DNA from: a virus | DNA length: 59,663 nt | Direction: 5' to 3' (one strand) | Virus record (IMG/VR): IMGVR_UViG_3300048921_000145 | In this document: positions 50,944 through 58,607 of the stretch, one piece after another | How the letters are laid out: the number at the start of each line of letters is the position of its first letter | Position numbering within the stretch: position 1 is the stretch's first letter | The notes under the pieces: generated by a model | Databases searched by the model: none | Seen by the model: the letters and a program-made list of their open reading frames with translations, nothing else | Told to the model about the DNA's origin: nothing | Program-made: the position numbers and the translations under genes

Positions 50944-52083
50944 ATGTTCTTCAAAAACGTTATCGCTTACCGCCTTACCCAAACCATCGCTTTCGACGTC
51001 GCCGAACTGGAAGAGTTGTTGGCCGGTAAGGCGCACCGCGAGCCGGCATCGCAGGAACTGTCTACCTACGGTTTCGTTTCTCCATTCAAAAACGCCTTGG
51101 TGGAAACAGCGCTGGCACCGTCCGGCGAGTACCTGCTGATTGCCGCGAAGAAGACCGAGCGCATCCTGCCCGGCAACGTGATCCGCGACGAGCTGAAAAA
51201 GAAGGTTGACGCGATCGAGTTTGAACAGCAGCGCAAGATCTACAAAAAGGAACGTGACCAGATCAAGGATGAAATCATTCAGGAATTCCTACCGCGGGCT
51301 TTCCTTCGCTCGAAAGTAACCCATGCCCTGATCATGCCGGCCGCTGGCTTAGTCTTGGTTGATGCCAGTTCGCCGAAGGTCGCAGAGGATATTCTGTCTA
51401 CCCTGCGTGAAGTGCTCGGCAGCCTTCCGGTTCGACCGCTGTCCGTGAAGATCGCTCCCGTCGCAACCATGACTGATTGGGTCAAGGTCCAGAAGGCTGC
51501 CGATGACTTTTTCGTGCTCGATGAGTGCGAAATGCGCGACACCCACGAAGACGGCGGCACGGTAAAGTGCAAAGGCCAAGACCTGACCAGTAACGAAATC
51601 GAGGGGCACATCGCCACCGGGAAACTGGTCACCAAGCTGTCGTTGGCATGGAAAGATAAGTTCTCGTTCATGCTCGACGACAAGCTGGTTATCAAGCGCC
51701 TGCGCTTTGAAGATTTGTTGCAGGACCAGGCCGAAGCCGATGGCGGTGATGACGCGCACGGCCAGCTGGTTGCATCGCTGATCATCATGGCCGGAGCCTT
51801 CGTTGAATTTTTCCCGGCCCTGCTCGATGCCTTGGGTGGCGAAGAGCTTCCGCAAGGGATTGATGTTGGTTCCGCCGACTTCGACGAACTCGCCGATCAG
51901 GAAAAGCTCGACCTGACCGAAGCCATAAAGTTTGTCCGTGAGAGTGGTAAGGCTTCGATCAGTGCGATTCAGCGCAAATTCACATGGGGTTATAACCGCG
52001 CGGCCCGGATGATCGAAGCACTTGAAAATGCCGGGGTGGTGACGCAGATGAACACCAACGGCTCGCGCGAAGTGATTCAATAA
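50944..52083 (+). CDS. rdgC: RdgC-like recombination-associated protein fused to a C-terminal FtsK-gamma-type winged helix (379 aa)
   Basis: Aligns by eye with E. coli RdgC along ~300 aa ([11 protein letters not shown]...LPRAF...GSLPVRPL...GGEE). The C-terminus [41 protein letters not shown] matches the FtsK gamma domain. Confidence 0.85.
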   Translation: MFFKNVIAYRLTQTIAFDVAELEELLAGKAHREPASQELSTYGFVSPFKNALVETALAPSGEYLLIAAKKTERILPGNVIRDELKKKVDAIEFEQQRKIYKKERDQIKDEIIQEFLPRAFLRSKVTHALIMPAAGLVLVDASSPKVAEDILSTLREVLGSLPVRPLSVKIAPVATMTDWVKVQKAADDFFVLDECEMRDTHEDGGTVKCKGQDLTSNEIEGHIATGKLVTKLSLAWKDKFSFMLDDKLVIKRLRFEDLLQDQAEADGGDDAHGQLVASLIIMAGAFVEFFPALLDALGGEELPQGIDVGSADFDELADQEKLDLTEAIKFVRESGKASISAIQRKFTWGYNRAARMIEALENAGVVTQMNTNGSREVIQ

Positions 52084-52355
52084 TGACCTACCGGGTTGAC
52101 TGGAAACTGCATTACCAGTCGCCCCGGATTCGCGGCAAGCGCTTCGCACCGAAGCGCCCCGTATCCTGGCGCGGCAGTGTTTCAATGGTGTACATCGAGG
52201 GTGACAAACGGGTGACCGATGAACGTCAATGGGTGTCGCCGTTTCCGCTGAAGCGGGATCAGGCCTTGGACGTGATGCGGGCCATGCTGCAAGACATCAT
52301 CGAGGAAAGCGGCCAGGGCGCCGTCGACGCGGCGTTTTGGATGGAGGTGACGTGA
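52083..52355 (+). CDS. Hypothetical protein (90 aa)
   Basis: Coupled ORF. Confidence 0.6.
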   Translation: MTYRVDWKLHYQSPRIRGKRFAPKRPVSWRGSVSMVYIEGDKRVTDERQWVSPFPLKRDQALDVMRAMLQDIIEESGQGAVDAAFWMEVT

Positions 52356-52828
52356 GTAAATATTACTTCCGAAAAATGCCAGGCGGCACGCTGGTGCCGG
52401 ACAACGACGAAACCGTCGAGCGCCTGCAAAAGATCAAGACCGGCGCGGTGGTCAGTTGCGAGATTGCCCAGCCGCGCAACTACAAGTTTTTGCAGAAGAC
52501 GATTTGTTTGTACCGCTACTGTTTTGACGTGTTCGCCGAGCAGATGGAAGACAGCCATTTGGAATACCTGGGCATGAAGGCGGCGCCGTCCTTCGACCGC
52601 TTCCGGCATGACCTGACGATTCTGGCCGGGCACTACACGGCTACTTTTGACATCCAGGGCAAACTGAAGCTGGAAGCCAAGAGCCTGAGCTACGGCAAGT
52701 GTTCGGAAGAAGAGGCCGAACGCATCTACAACGACGTGATTAACGCCGCACTGAAGCAAGTCTTCAAGCTGAGCATGACCGAAGATGAGTTGAAAAAGAT
52801 CGTCGATCAGATATTGGGGTACGCATGA
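52352..52828 (+). CDS. DUF1367-like protein (158 aa, GTG start)
   Basis: The pattern LVPDNDETVERLQKIKTGAVV...PRNYKFLQK resembles DUF1367 of lambdoid phages (from memory). Confidence 0.6.
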   Translation: MSKYYFRKMPGGTLVPDNDETVERLQKIKTGAVVSCEIAQPRNYKFLQKTICLYRYCFDVFAEQMEDSHLEYLGMKAAPSFDRFRHDLTILAGHYTATFDIQGKLKLEAKSLSYGKCSEEEAERIYNDVINAALKQVFKLSMTEDELKKIVDQILGYA

Positions 52829-53592
52829 CCGCCTACTACAACGAATTTGATCCGTATGCAGCCAAATGGCTGCGCAACCTAATCGAGGCTGGCCACATTG
52901 CACCAGGAGTTGTTGATGAGCGAAGCATTGAAGACGTCCTGCCAAGTGACCTCAAAGGGTTCACTCAATGCCATTTCTTCGCTGGGATTGGCGTTTGGTC
53001 CCTCGCTCTGCGTCGCGCAGGATGGCCGGATAATCGACCAGTCTGGACAGGAAGTTGCCCATGCCAGCCTTTCAGCCCGGCAGGCAAAGGCGATGGGTTT
53101 GCTGATGAACGCCACCTATGGCCCTCATTCGCTTGGCTCGTCCAGCAGCGCAGACCTTCAGTCGTGCTTGGAGAACAAGTTGCGAGTGCGGCTGAATGGC
53201 TCTCATGTGTGCAGCGTGATCTGGAAGCCATGGATTACGCATTCGGGGCAATGCCTATCCAGGCCGCGAGCGCAGGTGCGTTCCACCTTAGGGACAGGAT
53301 TTACTTTGTGGCCGACTCCGGCAGCCAGGGACTGGCGCAGCGAATCAGCCAGTCCAGAGTTCTACGCGAAGTGGCTTGCGCACCCGAAGGGCAAGACGCT
53401 GCCGATGTTGCTGGCTCTGGCCAGGCATGGTTCAACGGACCCGATGGCAAAAAGCGGCCAATTGAACCCGGCGTTCACCCGCTGGTTGATGAATCTTCCG
53501 CCAGAGTGGGACGATTGCGCGCCTACGGAAATGGGCTCGACGCTAAAGCAGCGCGCAGCTTTGTTGAGTCAGTAATGGAAACTAGAATATGA
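52825..53592 (+). CDS. Compact DNA (cytosine-5)-methyltransferase-like protein (255 aa)
   Basis: FFAGIG (motif I), SCPCQPFS (motif IV), GEQV (motif VI), [10 protein letters not shown] (motif VIII) and [12 protein letters not shown] (motif X-like). GC3 is low relative to the rest of the genome. Confidence 0.75.
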   Translation: MTAYYNEFDPYAAKWLRNLIEAGHIAPGVVDERSIEDVLPSDLKGFTQCHFFAGIGVWSLALRRAGWPDNRPVWTGSCPCQPFSPAGKGDGFADERHLWPSFAWLVQQRRPSVVLGEQVASAAEWLSCVQRDLEAMDYAFGAMPIQAASAGAFHLRDRIYFVADSGSQGLAQRISQSRVLREVACAPEGQDAADVAGSGQAWFNGPDGKKRPIEPGVHPLVDESSARVGRLRAYGNGLDAKAARSFVESVMETRI

Positions 53593-53876
53593 ATACTGCC
53601 GAAAGAAAACACTTAGGTAAGGTGGCGGCCTTCGGCTGTATCGCCTGCTACAAGCAAGATACGCCAGGTACGCCCGGAGAAATCCACCATCCTCGGGCCG
53701 GTGGTGCGGGCATGGGCAAGAAGGCCTCGCACTATGACGCCATCTGTTTGTGCCCGCCGCATCATCGCGGCACTGCGGGCCTGAGCATTCCCAGCATCCA
53801 CGCCAGCAAGAACGCTTTCATCGAGGCCTTTGGCACCGAGGCGGAATTGCTGGAACTGTCGAAAACATTGATCTAG
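53589..53876 (+). CDS. Ref-like RecA-dependent nuclease (HNH-type; 95 aa)
   Basis: VAAFGCIAC...EIHHPR...GMGKKASHYDAICLCPPHHRG pattern. Confidence 0.6.
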   Translation: MNTAERKHLGKVAAFGCIACYKQDTPGTPGEIHHPRAGGAGMGKKASHYDAICLCPPHHRGTAGLSIPSIHASKNAFIEAFGTEAELLELSKTLI

Positions 53877-53884
53877 GGGGATTT

Positions 53885-54415
53885 ATGATTATTGGGGTTG
53901 ATCCAGGCGGTACGGGCGCGCTGGTGGCGCTGGACGCTAACGGCGAGCTGATTGATACGCTGCTGATGCCGACACTCAAGGTTGGCACCAAGACCGGTAT
54001 CAACGGTGCGGCTATTCAGGCTTGGCTAGTTAAACTGAAAGCGCTGGCCGCGTGTGCGCCATTCAATGACGTGAAGTGCCATGCCTTCATTGAACTGGTG
54101 AACGCCATGCCCAGCGGTCCACCGGGTGCCAAGCGCGCCATGGGTGTCGGTTCGGCCTTCAGCTTCGGCAAGGCTGCGGGCCTGGTTGAAGGGGTGATAC
54201 AAGGCGCCTGCATTCCGCATACGCTGGTCACGCCGCAGGCCTGGAAGAAACACGCCGGGCTGATTGGTTCCGACAAAGATGCGGCCCGGTCCAGGGCAAT
54301 ACAACTTTATCCTTCCTGTCGAATCTTGGACCTGAAGGGCAAGGGTCAGGCCGTGGCTGATGCGATTCTAATCGCACGCTACGGGCTTTTCCGCGAGTCG
54401 CCCGGTTCGATTTAA
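53885..54415 (+). CDS. RuvC-like Holliday junction resolvase (176 aa)
   Basis: MIIGVDPGGTGALVAL N-terminal catalytic Asp motif and a C-terminal QAVADAILIARYG motif. Confidence 0.75.
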   Translation: MIIGVDPGGTGALVALDANGELIDTLLMPTLKVGTKTGINGAAIQAWLVKLKALAACAPFNDVKCHAFIELVNAMPSGPPGAKRAMGVGSAFSFGKAAGLVEGVIQGACIPHTLVTPQAWKKHAGLIGSDKDAARSRAIQLYPSCRILDLKGKGQAVADAILIARYGLFRESPGSI

Positions 54416-54544
54416 TCACCGTTCGGTGATGTCAAGAAAAATAACTGCTATATCTGGTTGGAGTGCCGCGAGTTTTAAGCGGTACACTCCCGCCGCGTTC
54501 AAAAAAACGTAAACGCCCACCTTGGCGGGTGGTATTATTTCATC

Positions 54545-54628
54545 AGGCCTCCCCAAGGTCAGTGCAGGTCCGTTGAAGCCTGTCCGCCAACGCCGTTTCG
54601 GTGACTGATCTTGGGAAGGCCTTTTTTT
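54545..54628 (+). terminator. Long (16+3 bp) hairpin followed by T7: strong intrinsic terminator or 3' end of a small RNA
   Basis: AGGCCTCCCCAAGGTC (54545-54560) pairs with GATCTTGGGAAGGCCT (54607-54622) with one mismatch. Followed by TTTTTTT. Confidence 0.7.
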
Positions 54629-54641
54629 GGGCTATAGAAAC

Positions 54642-54872
54642 GTGAAAGGAACACAATCGCAGTGCGCGCAGATCCTCAAGTGGTTGCGCGAAGGAAAGCC
54701 CCTCACCCCGTTACTGGCCCTGGACAACTTCGGTTGCTTCCGTCTCGCCGCTCGCATTGGCAACCTCAAGGCGGAAGGTCACACCATCCACAAAGGCATG
54801 ATCACCGTCACCACCCGCGACGGCAGCCAATCTAAGGTGTCGGAGTATCGGCTGTGCGGGGTGTCGGTATGA
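54642..54872 (+). CDS. Winged-helix DNA-binding protein (HTH_39-like; ~76 aa)
   Basis: QILKWLREGKPLTPLLALDNFGCFRLAARIGNLKAEGHTI pattern. The start is uncertain (TTG 54627 or GTG 54642). Confidence 0.6.
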   Translation: MKGTQSQCAQILKWLREGKPLTPLLALDNFGCFRLAARIGNLKAEGHTIHKGMITVTTRDGSQSKVSEYRLCGVSV

Positions 54873-56296
54873 AGTTCGGTTCCGTATGCAGTGGCATCGA
54901 AGCTGCTAGCGTGGCATGGGCGCCGCTGGGCTGGAAAGCTGACTGGCTGGCTGAAATCGAACCTTTCCCAAGTGCCGTGCTGGCGCATCACTATCCAGAC
55001 ACACCAAACCTTGGCGACATGACGCAGATAGCGCGCGTGGTGCTGTCGGGGAGAGTGCCAGCTCCCGACGTGCTAACCGGCGGAACCCCATGCCAGGCGT
55101 TCAGCGTGGCCGGAATGCGCGAAGGGCTTAATGATCCTCGCGGTGAATTAACCATTAAATTTGTGGGGTTAGCTGATGCAATTGATCATGTTCGAGAAAG
55201 CCGAAACGAAAAGCCCAGCATCATCATCTGGGAAAACGTACCCGGCGTCCTCAGCGACAAAGGGAACGCCTTCGGATGCTTTCTTGGTGCGCTTGCTGGG
55301 GAAGACTGCGAATTGCAGCCTTCAGGGAAAAGCTGGTCAAACGCTGGTTGTGTGTATGGACCCAAAAGAACAATCGCGTGGCGGGTCTTGGACGCCCAAT
55401 ATTTCGGCCTGGCCCAACGACGCCGCCGTGTGTTCGTTGTGGCAAGTGCTAGAGAAGGGTTCGATCCCTCATCGGTACTTTTTGAGCGTGATGGCGTGCG
55501 CCGGGATACTGCGCCGCGCCGAGGCACGGTCAAGGCTGTTGCCGCTCTCACTGCAAATGGCGTTGGAACGTGTGGCGAAGACGACAACCAAGCCCAGGCA
55601 GGACACATTATCGCGGGAACTCTAAACGCAGACGGAAAGTCGGCAGGAAGCGCTACCAACCAAGATGCAGAGGCTGGATTGCTGGTGGTTCATGGAACTC
55701 AAGATCCGGGCGTAAGCAACTCAACGGCATTCGCGCTTGGTCGAAATCACGGACAGGAAAACGCAGTACTCGCCTTTAGCTGCAAGGATCATGGCGCAGA
55801 TGCTGGCTCGATATCGCCAACTCTTCGCGCAATGAATCACTCAGGCAGCCATGCAAACGCCGGAGGCCAGGTCGCAGTGTGCGTCACTGGCGATATCACC
55901 CACACGCTCAAGGCTGAAGGGTTCGACGGCAGCGAGGACGGCACCGGGCGCGGCCAGCCAATTGTGACTCACGCAATCCAGGCAGGCGCGCTTCGCACAA
56001 ACCCAGCGAGCGGGCCGGATGGTGTCGGCGTACAGGCCGATCACGCCTACACACTGGAAGCTCGCGCCGAGGTGCAGGCTGTTCAGTCGGGTTCAGCAGT
56101 TCGCCGCCTGACTCCGACCGAATGCGAGCGCCTTCAGGGCTTCCCTGACGACTACACGCTGATCCCTTGGCGCGGCAAGCTTGCGGAGGATTGCCCGGAT
56201 GGTCCGCGCTACCGATCTATCGGTAATTCATGGGCGGTTCCGGTCGCTCGCTGGGTGGGTATGCGCGTGATGCGCGAACTGGAGGTGGCGCAATGA
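54869..56296 (+). CDS. dcm: DNA (cytosine-5)-methyltransferase (475 aa)
   Basis: MKFGSVCSGIEAAS (I), GGTPCQAFSVAG (IV), IIWENVPG (VI), AQRRRRVFVVA (VIII), RRLTPTECERLQGFPDDYT (IX) and IGNSWAVPV (X). Confidence 0.9.
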   Translation: MKFGSVCSGIEAASVAWAPLGWKADWLAEIEPFPSAVLAHHYPDTPNLGDMTQIARVVLSGRVPAPDVLTGGTPCQAFSVAGMREGLNDPRGELTIKFVGLADAIDHVRESRNEKPSIIIWENVPGVLSDKGNAFGCFLGALAGEDCELQPSGKSWSNAGCVYGPKRTIAWRVLDAQYFGLAQRRRRVFVVASAREGFDPSSVLFERDGVRRDTAPRRGTVKAVAALTANGVGTCGEDDNQAQAGHIIAGTLNADGKSAGSATNQDAEAGLLVVHGTQDPGVSNSTAFALGRNHGQENAVLAFSCKDHGADAGSISPTLRAMNHSGSHANAGGQVAVCVTGDITHTLKAEGFDGSEDGTGRGQPIVTHAIQAGALRTNPASGPDGVGVQADHAYTLEARAEVQAVQSGSAVRRLTPTECERLQGFPDDYTLIPWRGKLAEDCPDGPRYRSIGNSWAVPVARWVGMRVMRELEVAQ

Positions 56297-57060
56297 GCCT
56301 TCTTTTCAACTTCCGCCCGCTGGTGGTCAATCCTGGTCTAGCCTCAAAGATCGGGCTCAATGAAGCGATTGTGCTTCAGCAGATCAAGTATTGGACGATT
56401 GAGACGGACGCGGGTATCGAGCACAAGGGCTTGCGCTGGGTGTACAACACGCATGAGCAGTGGGCGAAGCAGTTCCCGTTCTGGTCGGTGGACACCGTCA
56501 AACGCACGATGTCGTCACTGGTTAAGCAGGGTTTGGTGTTCGTGGAAAAGCTCAACAAAGCGAAGCACGACCACACTAATTACTACGCCATCAACCACTT
56601 AGCAGATGCCCTGATCGATCAGTGCAATTTGCCCTCTTCTGAAGGGGGCAATCTGCCCTCATCCAAGGGGGCAAAACGCCCTGATGTTACAGAGACTACA
56701 ACAGAGATTACTACAGAGACTACACAACAAGCCTTTGGTCTGTTTTGGGATTCGAGCCTGAAAAATGGCAGCAAGAAGAAGGCCCACGAACTGTTCACGG
56801 CTTACTGCAAGCGCACAAAGTCCGAACCGATGGCCTTCGCCATGATCCTGGTCAACGACACCGCCGCTCGCAAGAAGGCCAGCCAGTTCGGTTTCGACAA
56901 GCTTCACGTCACGACCTACCTGAACCAAGAGCGCTGGAACGATACGGTGCTGCCAGGCGACAAGGGCAAGCCGTCCACGTTCACCACCGACTTCGAGGGC
57001 AAGACCTACGAGGGCACCGCCAATGACGATTTCGCTGATTTCCTCAAGGACGATGAGTAA
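56293..57060 (+). CDS. Replication initiator / replisome organiser (O-like; 255 aa)
   Basis: N-terminal winged helix (GLNEAIVLQQIKYWT...WVYNTHEQWAKQFPFWSVDTVKRTMSSLVKQGLV). Iterons lie inside the gene, and a DnaC-like loader follows. Confidence 0.7.
   Translation: MSLLFNFRPLVVNPGLASKIGLNEAIVLQQIKYWTIETDAGIEHKGLRWVYNTHEQWAKQFPFWSVDTVKRTMSSLVKQGLVFVEKLNKAKHDHTNYYAINHLADALIDQCNLPSSEGGNLPSSKGAKRPDVTETTTEITTETTQQAFGLFWDSSLKNGSKKKAHELFTAYCKRTKSEPMAFAMILVNDTAARKKASQFGFDKLHVTTYLNQERWNDTVLPGDKGKPSTFTTDFEGKTYEGTANDDFADFLKDDE
56624..56724. repeat. Iteron-like direct repeats plus ACAGAGA(C/T)TAC repeats: candidate origin of replication inside the initiator gene
   Basis: GCAATTTGCCCTCTTCTGAAGGGG (56624-56647), GCAATCTGCCCTCATCCAAGGGG (56648-56670) and partial GCAAAACGCCCTGATG (56671-56686). 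Three CAGAGA(C/T)TAC units follow at 56690-56724. Confidence 0.6.
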
Positions 57061-58033
57061 ACCCATGGACGACCTAACCCCTGTCAGTGTTCGCGGCCTG
57101 TGCCAAACCCATGGCGCCTGGTCGCATGAAGTCCCGCGCATCAGCGCCGAGCAGGCCAAGGGCCAATGCCCGGAATGCACGCCAGCGCCGAAGCCGGTGC
57201 GCATCGACATCGTCGAGCTGACCGGCCGCTGTGATCATCACGGCGACTGGACGAACCCGGTGCCGGCGTTCCTGGCCAGCCGCATGACTGACCGTTGCCC
57301 GACCTGCGCCACCGAGACGGCCGCCGCTCAGGATCGCGAGCAGGCCCAAGCCCAGCGCACGGCGGTGATCGGCAAGCGGGCCGCGCACATGCGTCGCCTG
57401 GTCGACGGCGCCGAGATTCCCAAGCGCTTTGTCGGCCGCAGTTTCGAGAACTACCGCCTGGAAGAGGGCAATGAGGACCAGGCCAGGGCGCTGCACCGGG
57501 CGAAGAAGTTCGCGAGCAACTTCCCGCGAGCGGTGGAGCTGGGCGCCAACTTCGTGTTTTGCGGCAAGCCCGGTTCCGGCAAGACCCACTTGGCCTGCGC
57601 GATCGGCAACGCGGTGATGCGCAACCACGGTGCCAGCGTGCTGTTCGTCACCGTGTTCGACGTGATCCAGCGCGTCAAGGCCACCTACAGCGACAAAGAC
57701 CAGTCGGAACGCACGGTGATGCGCAGCTTTGCCGAGGCCGACCTGTTGATTCTCGATGAGGTGGGGGTGCAGTTCGGCACCGATTACGAAAAGGTGATCA
57801 TCACCGACCTGATCAACCGCCGTTACAACGACATGCGCCCGACCCTGATCCTGTCCAACCTCGACGAAACGGAACTCGGCCAGTACCTGGGGGCGCGAGT
57901 GATGGACCGCATGTTCGAGGGCGGCGGCGGGGTGATCGCCTTCGGTTGGGGCAGCTACCGCGCCAAGGTGGCGAAGGATGAAGACTTGCCGCACGGCGAC
58001 TATCACGCCCCGGAATGGATGAACGGCGAGTAA
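57053..58033 (+). CDS. DnaC/IstB-like AAA+ helicase loader with N-terminal Cys-rich (zinc-finger-like) region (~326 aa)
   Basis: Walker A GKPGSGKTHLA and Walker B LLILDEVG. N-terminal CPEC...CDHH...CPTC. The start is 57053 or 57065. Confidence 0.8.
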   Translation: MSKPMDDLTPVSVRGLCQTHGAWSHEVPRISAEQAKGQCPECTPAPKPVRIDIVELTGRCDHHGDWTNPVPAFLASRMTDRCPTCATETAAAQDREQAQAQRTAVIGKRAAHMRRLVDGAEIPKRFVGRSFENYRLEEGNEDQARALHRAKKFASNFPRAVELGANFVFCGKPGSGKTHLACAIGNAVMRNHGASVLFVTVFDVIQRVKATYSDKDQSERTVMRSFAEADLLILDEVGVQFGTDYEKVIITDLINRRYNDMRPTLILSNLDETELGQYLGARVMDRMFEGGGGVIAFGWGSYRAKVAKDEDLPHGDYHAPEWMNGE

Positions 58034-58236
58034 GGTGGTGCCTGGCAGTGGTATAAAACCGCTGCCAGGCTTAGCCATTGCCACGCAGCAGCGCCGATAG
58101 AGCGTAAATGCTGGCGGATGTACCGGCATGACATTCGGGACGGCTTAGACGCGCTCTCAGAGCGTTACAGAAATATGACCAGCTGGGCAGTCGGTGTTGT
58201 CGGGAGGGGCCGCACCACGCACGCAGGAGAATCAAC

Positions 58237-58401
58237 ATGATCCAATACGTGAAAGGGTACGGGGTGTTAGCGGGGTATGTGGCGCTGACGCAGGCGGTGG
58301 GCTTGAATTACTGGCAGGTAGAGCCCGCCAGTCGGCCCTGGTGGATGCTGGGCGCGCTGACGGTGCTGTGGGTGGCGTCCAGGCGACGCCAGGTGATTTA
58401 A
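58237..58401 (+). CDS. Small two-TM membrane protein (54 aa)
   Basis: Not in the ORF track (<60 aa). AGGAG 8 nt upstream of the ATG. Sequence MIQYVKGYGVLAGYVALTQAV...WWMLGALTVLWVA. Confidence 0.5.
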   Translation: MIQYVKGYGVLAGYVALTQAVGLNYWQVEPASRPWWMLGALTVLWVASRRRQVI

Positions 58402-58607
58402 GGTTTCTTCAGCCAGGACAGGCCGTCATTGCGGCAGCGCTGCATCAGGCGCATCAGGCGGTCCACACTCATACCAAACTGAGCTGAGATTATCTGCCAG
58501 CGGACACCTTCTTGGCGTAGTTCGTAAATCAGCGCCACCTCAGCACGGCCCAGCAGGCAGTAGATGCCGCTGGGCCGACCGACTACGCGCGGAAAGCGGT
58601 CGGTCAC
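58398..58607 (-). CDS. Small HTH DNA-binding protein (69 aa, GTG start); last gene of the leftward early operon
   Basis: EVALIYELRQEGVRWQIISAQFGMSVDRLMRLMQR is a Hin/sigma-r4-like HTH. GTGA coupling to the upstream gene. Confidence 0.6.
   Translation of the reverse strand: MTDRFPRVVGRPSGIYCLLGRAEVALIYELRQEGVRWQIISAQFGMSVDRLMRLMQRCRNDGLSWLKKP

Noticed and set aside
58194-58487. 97-aa plus-strand ORF overlapping the 58237-58401 small membrane ORF and the convergent HTH gene.
   Set aside because: It has a Gly/Ala/Arg-rich off-frame-type translation, no RBS, and runs antisense into a well-supported gene. The alternative 54-aa frame has a canonical AGGAG-N8-ATG.
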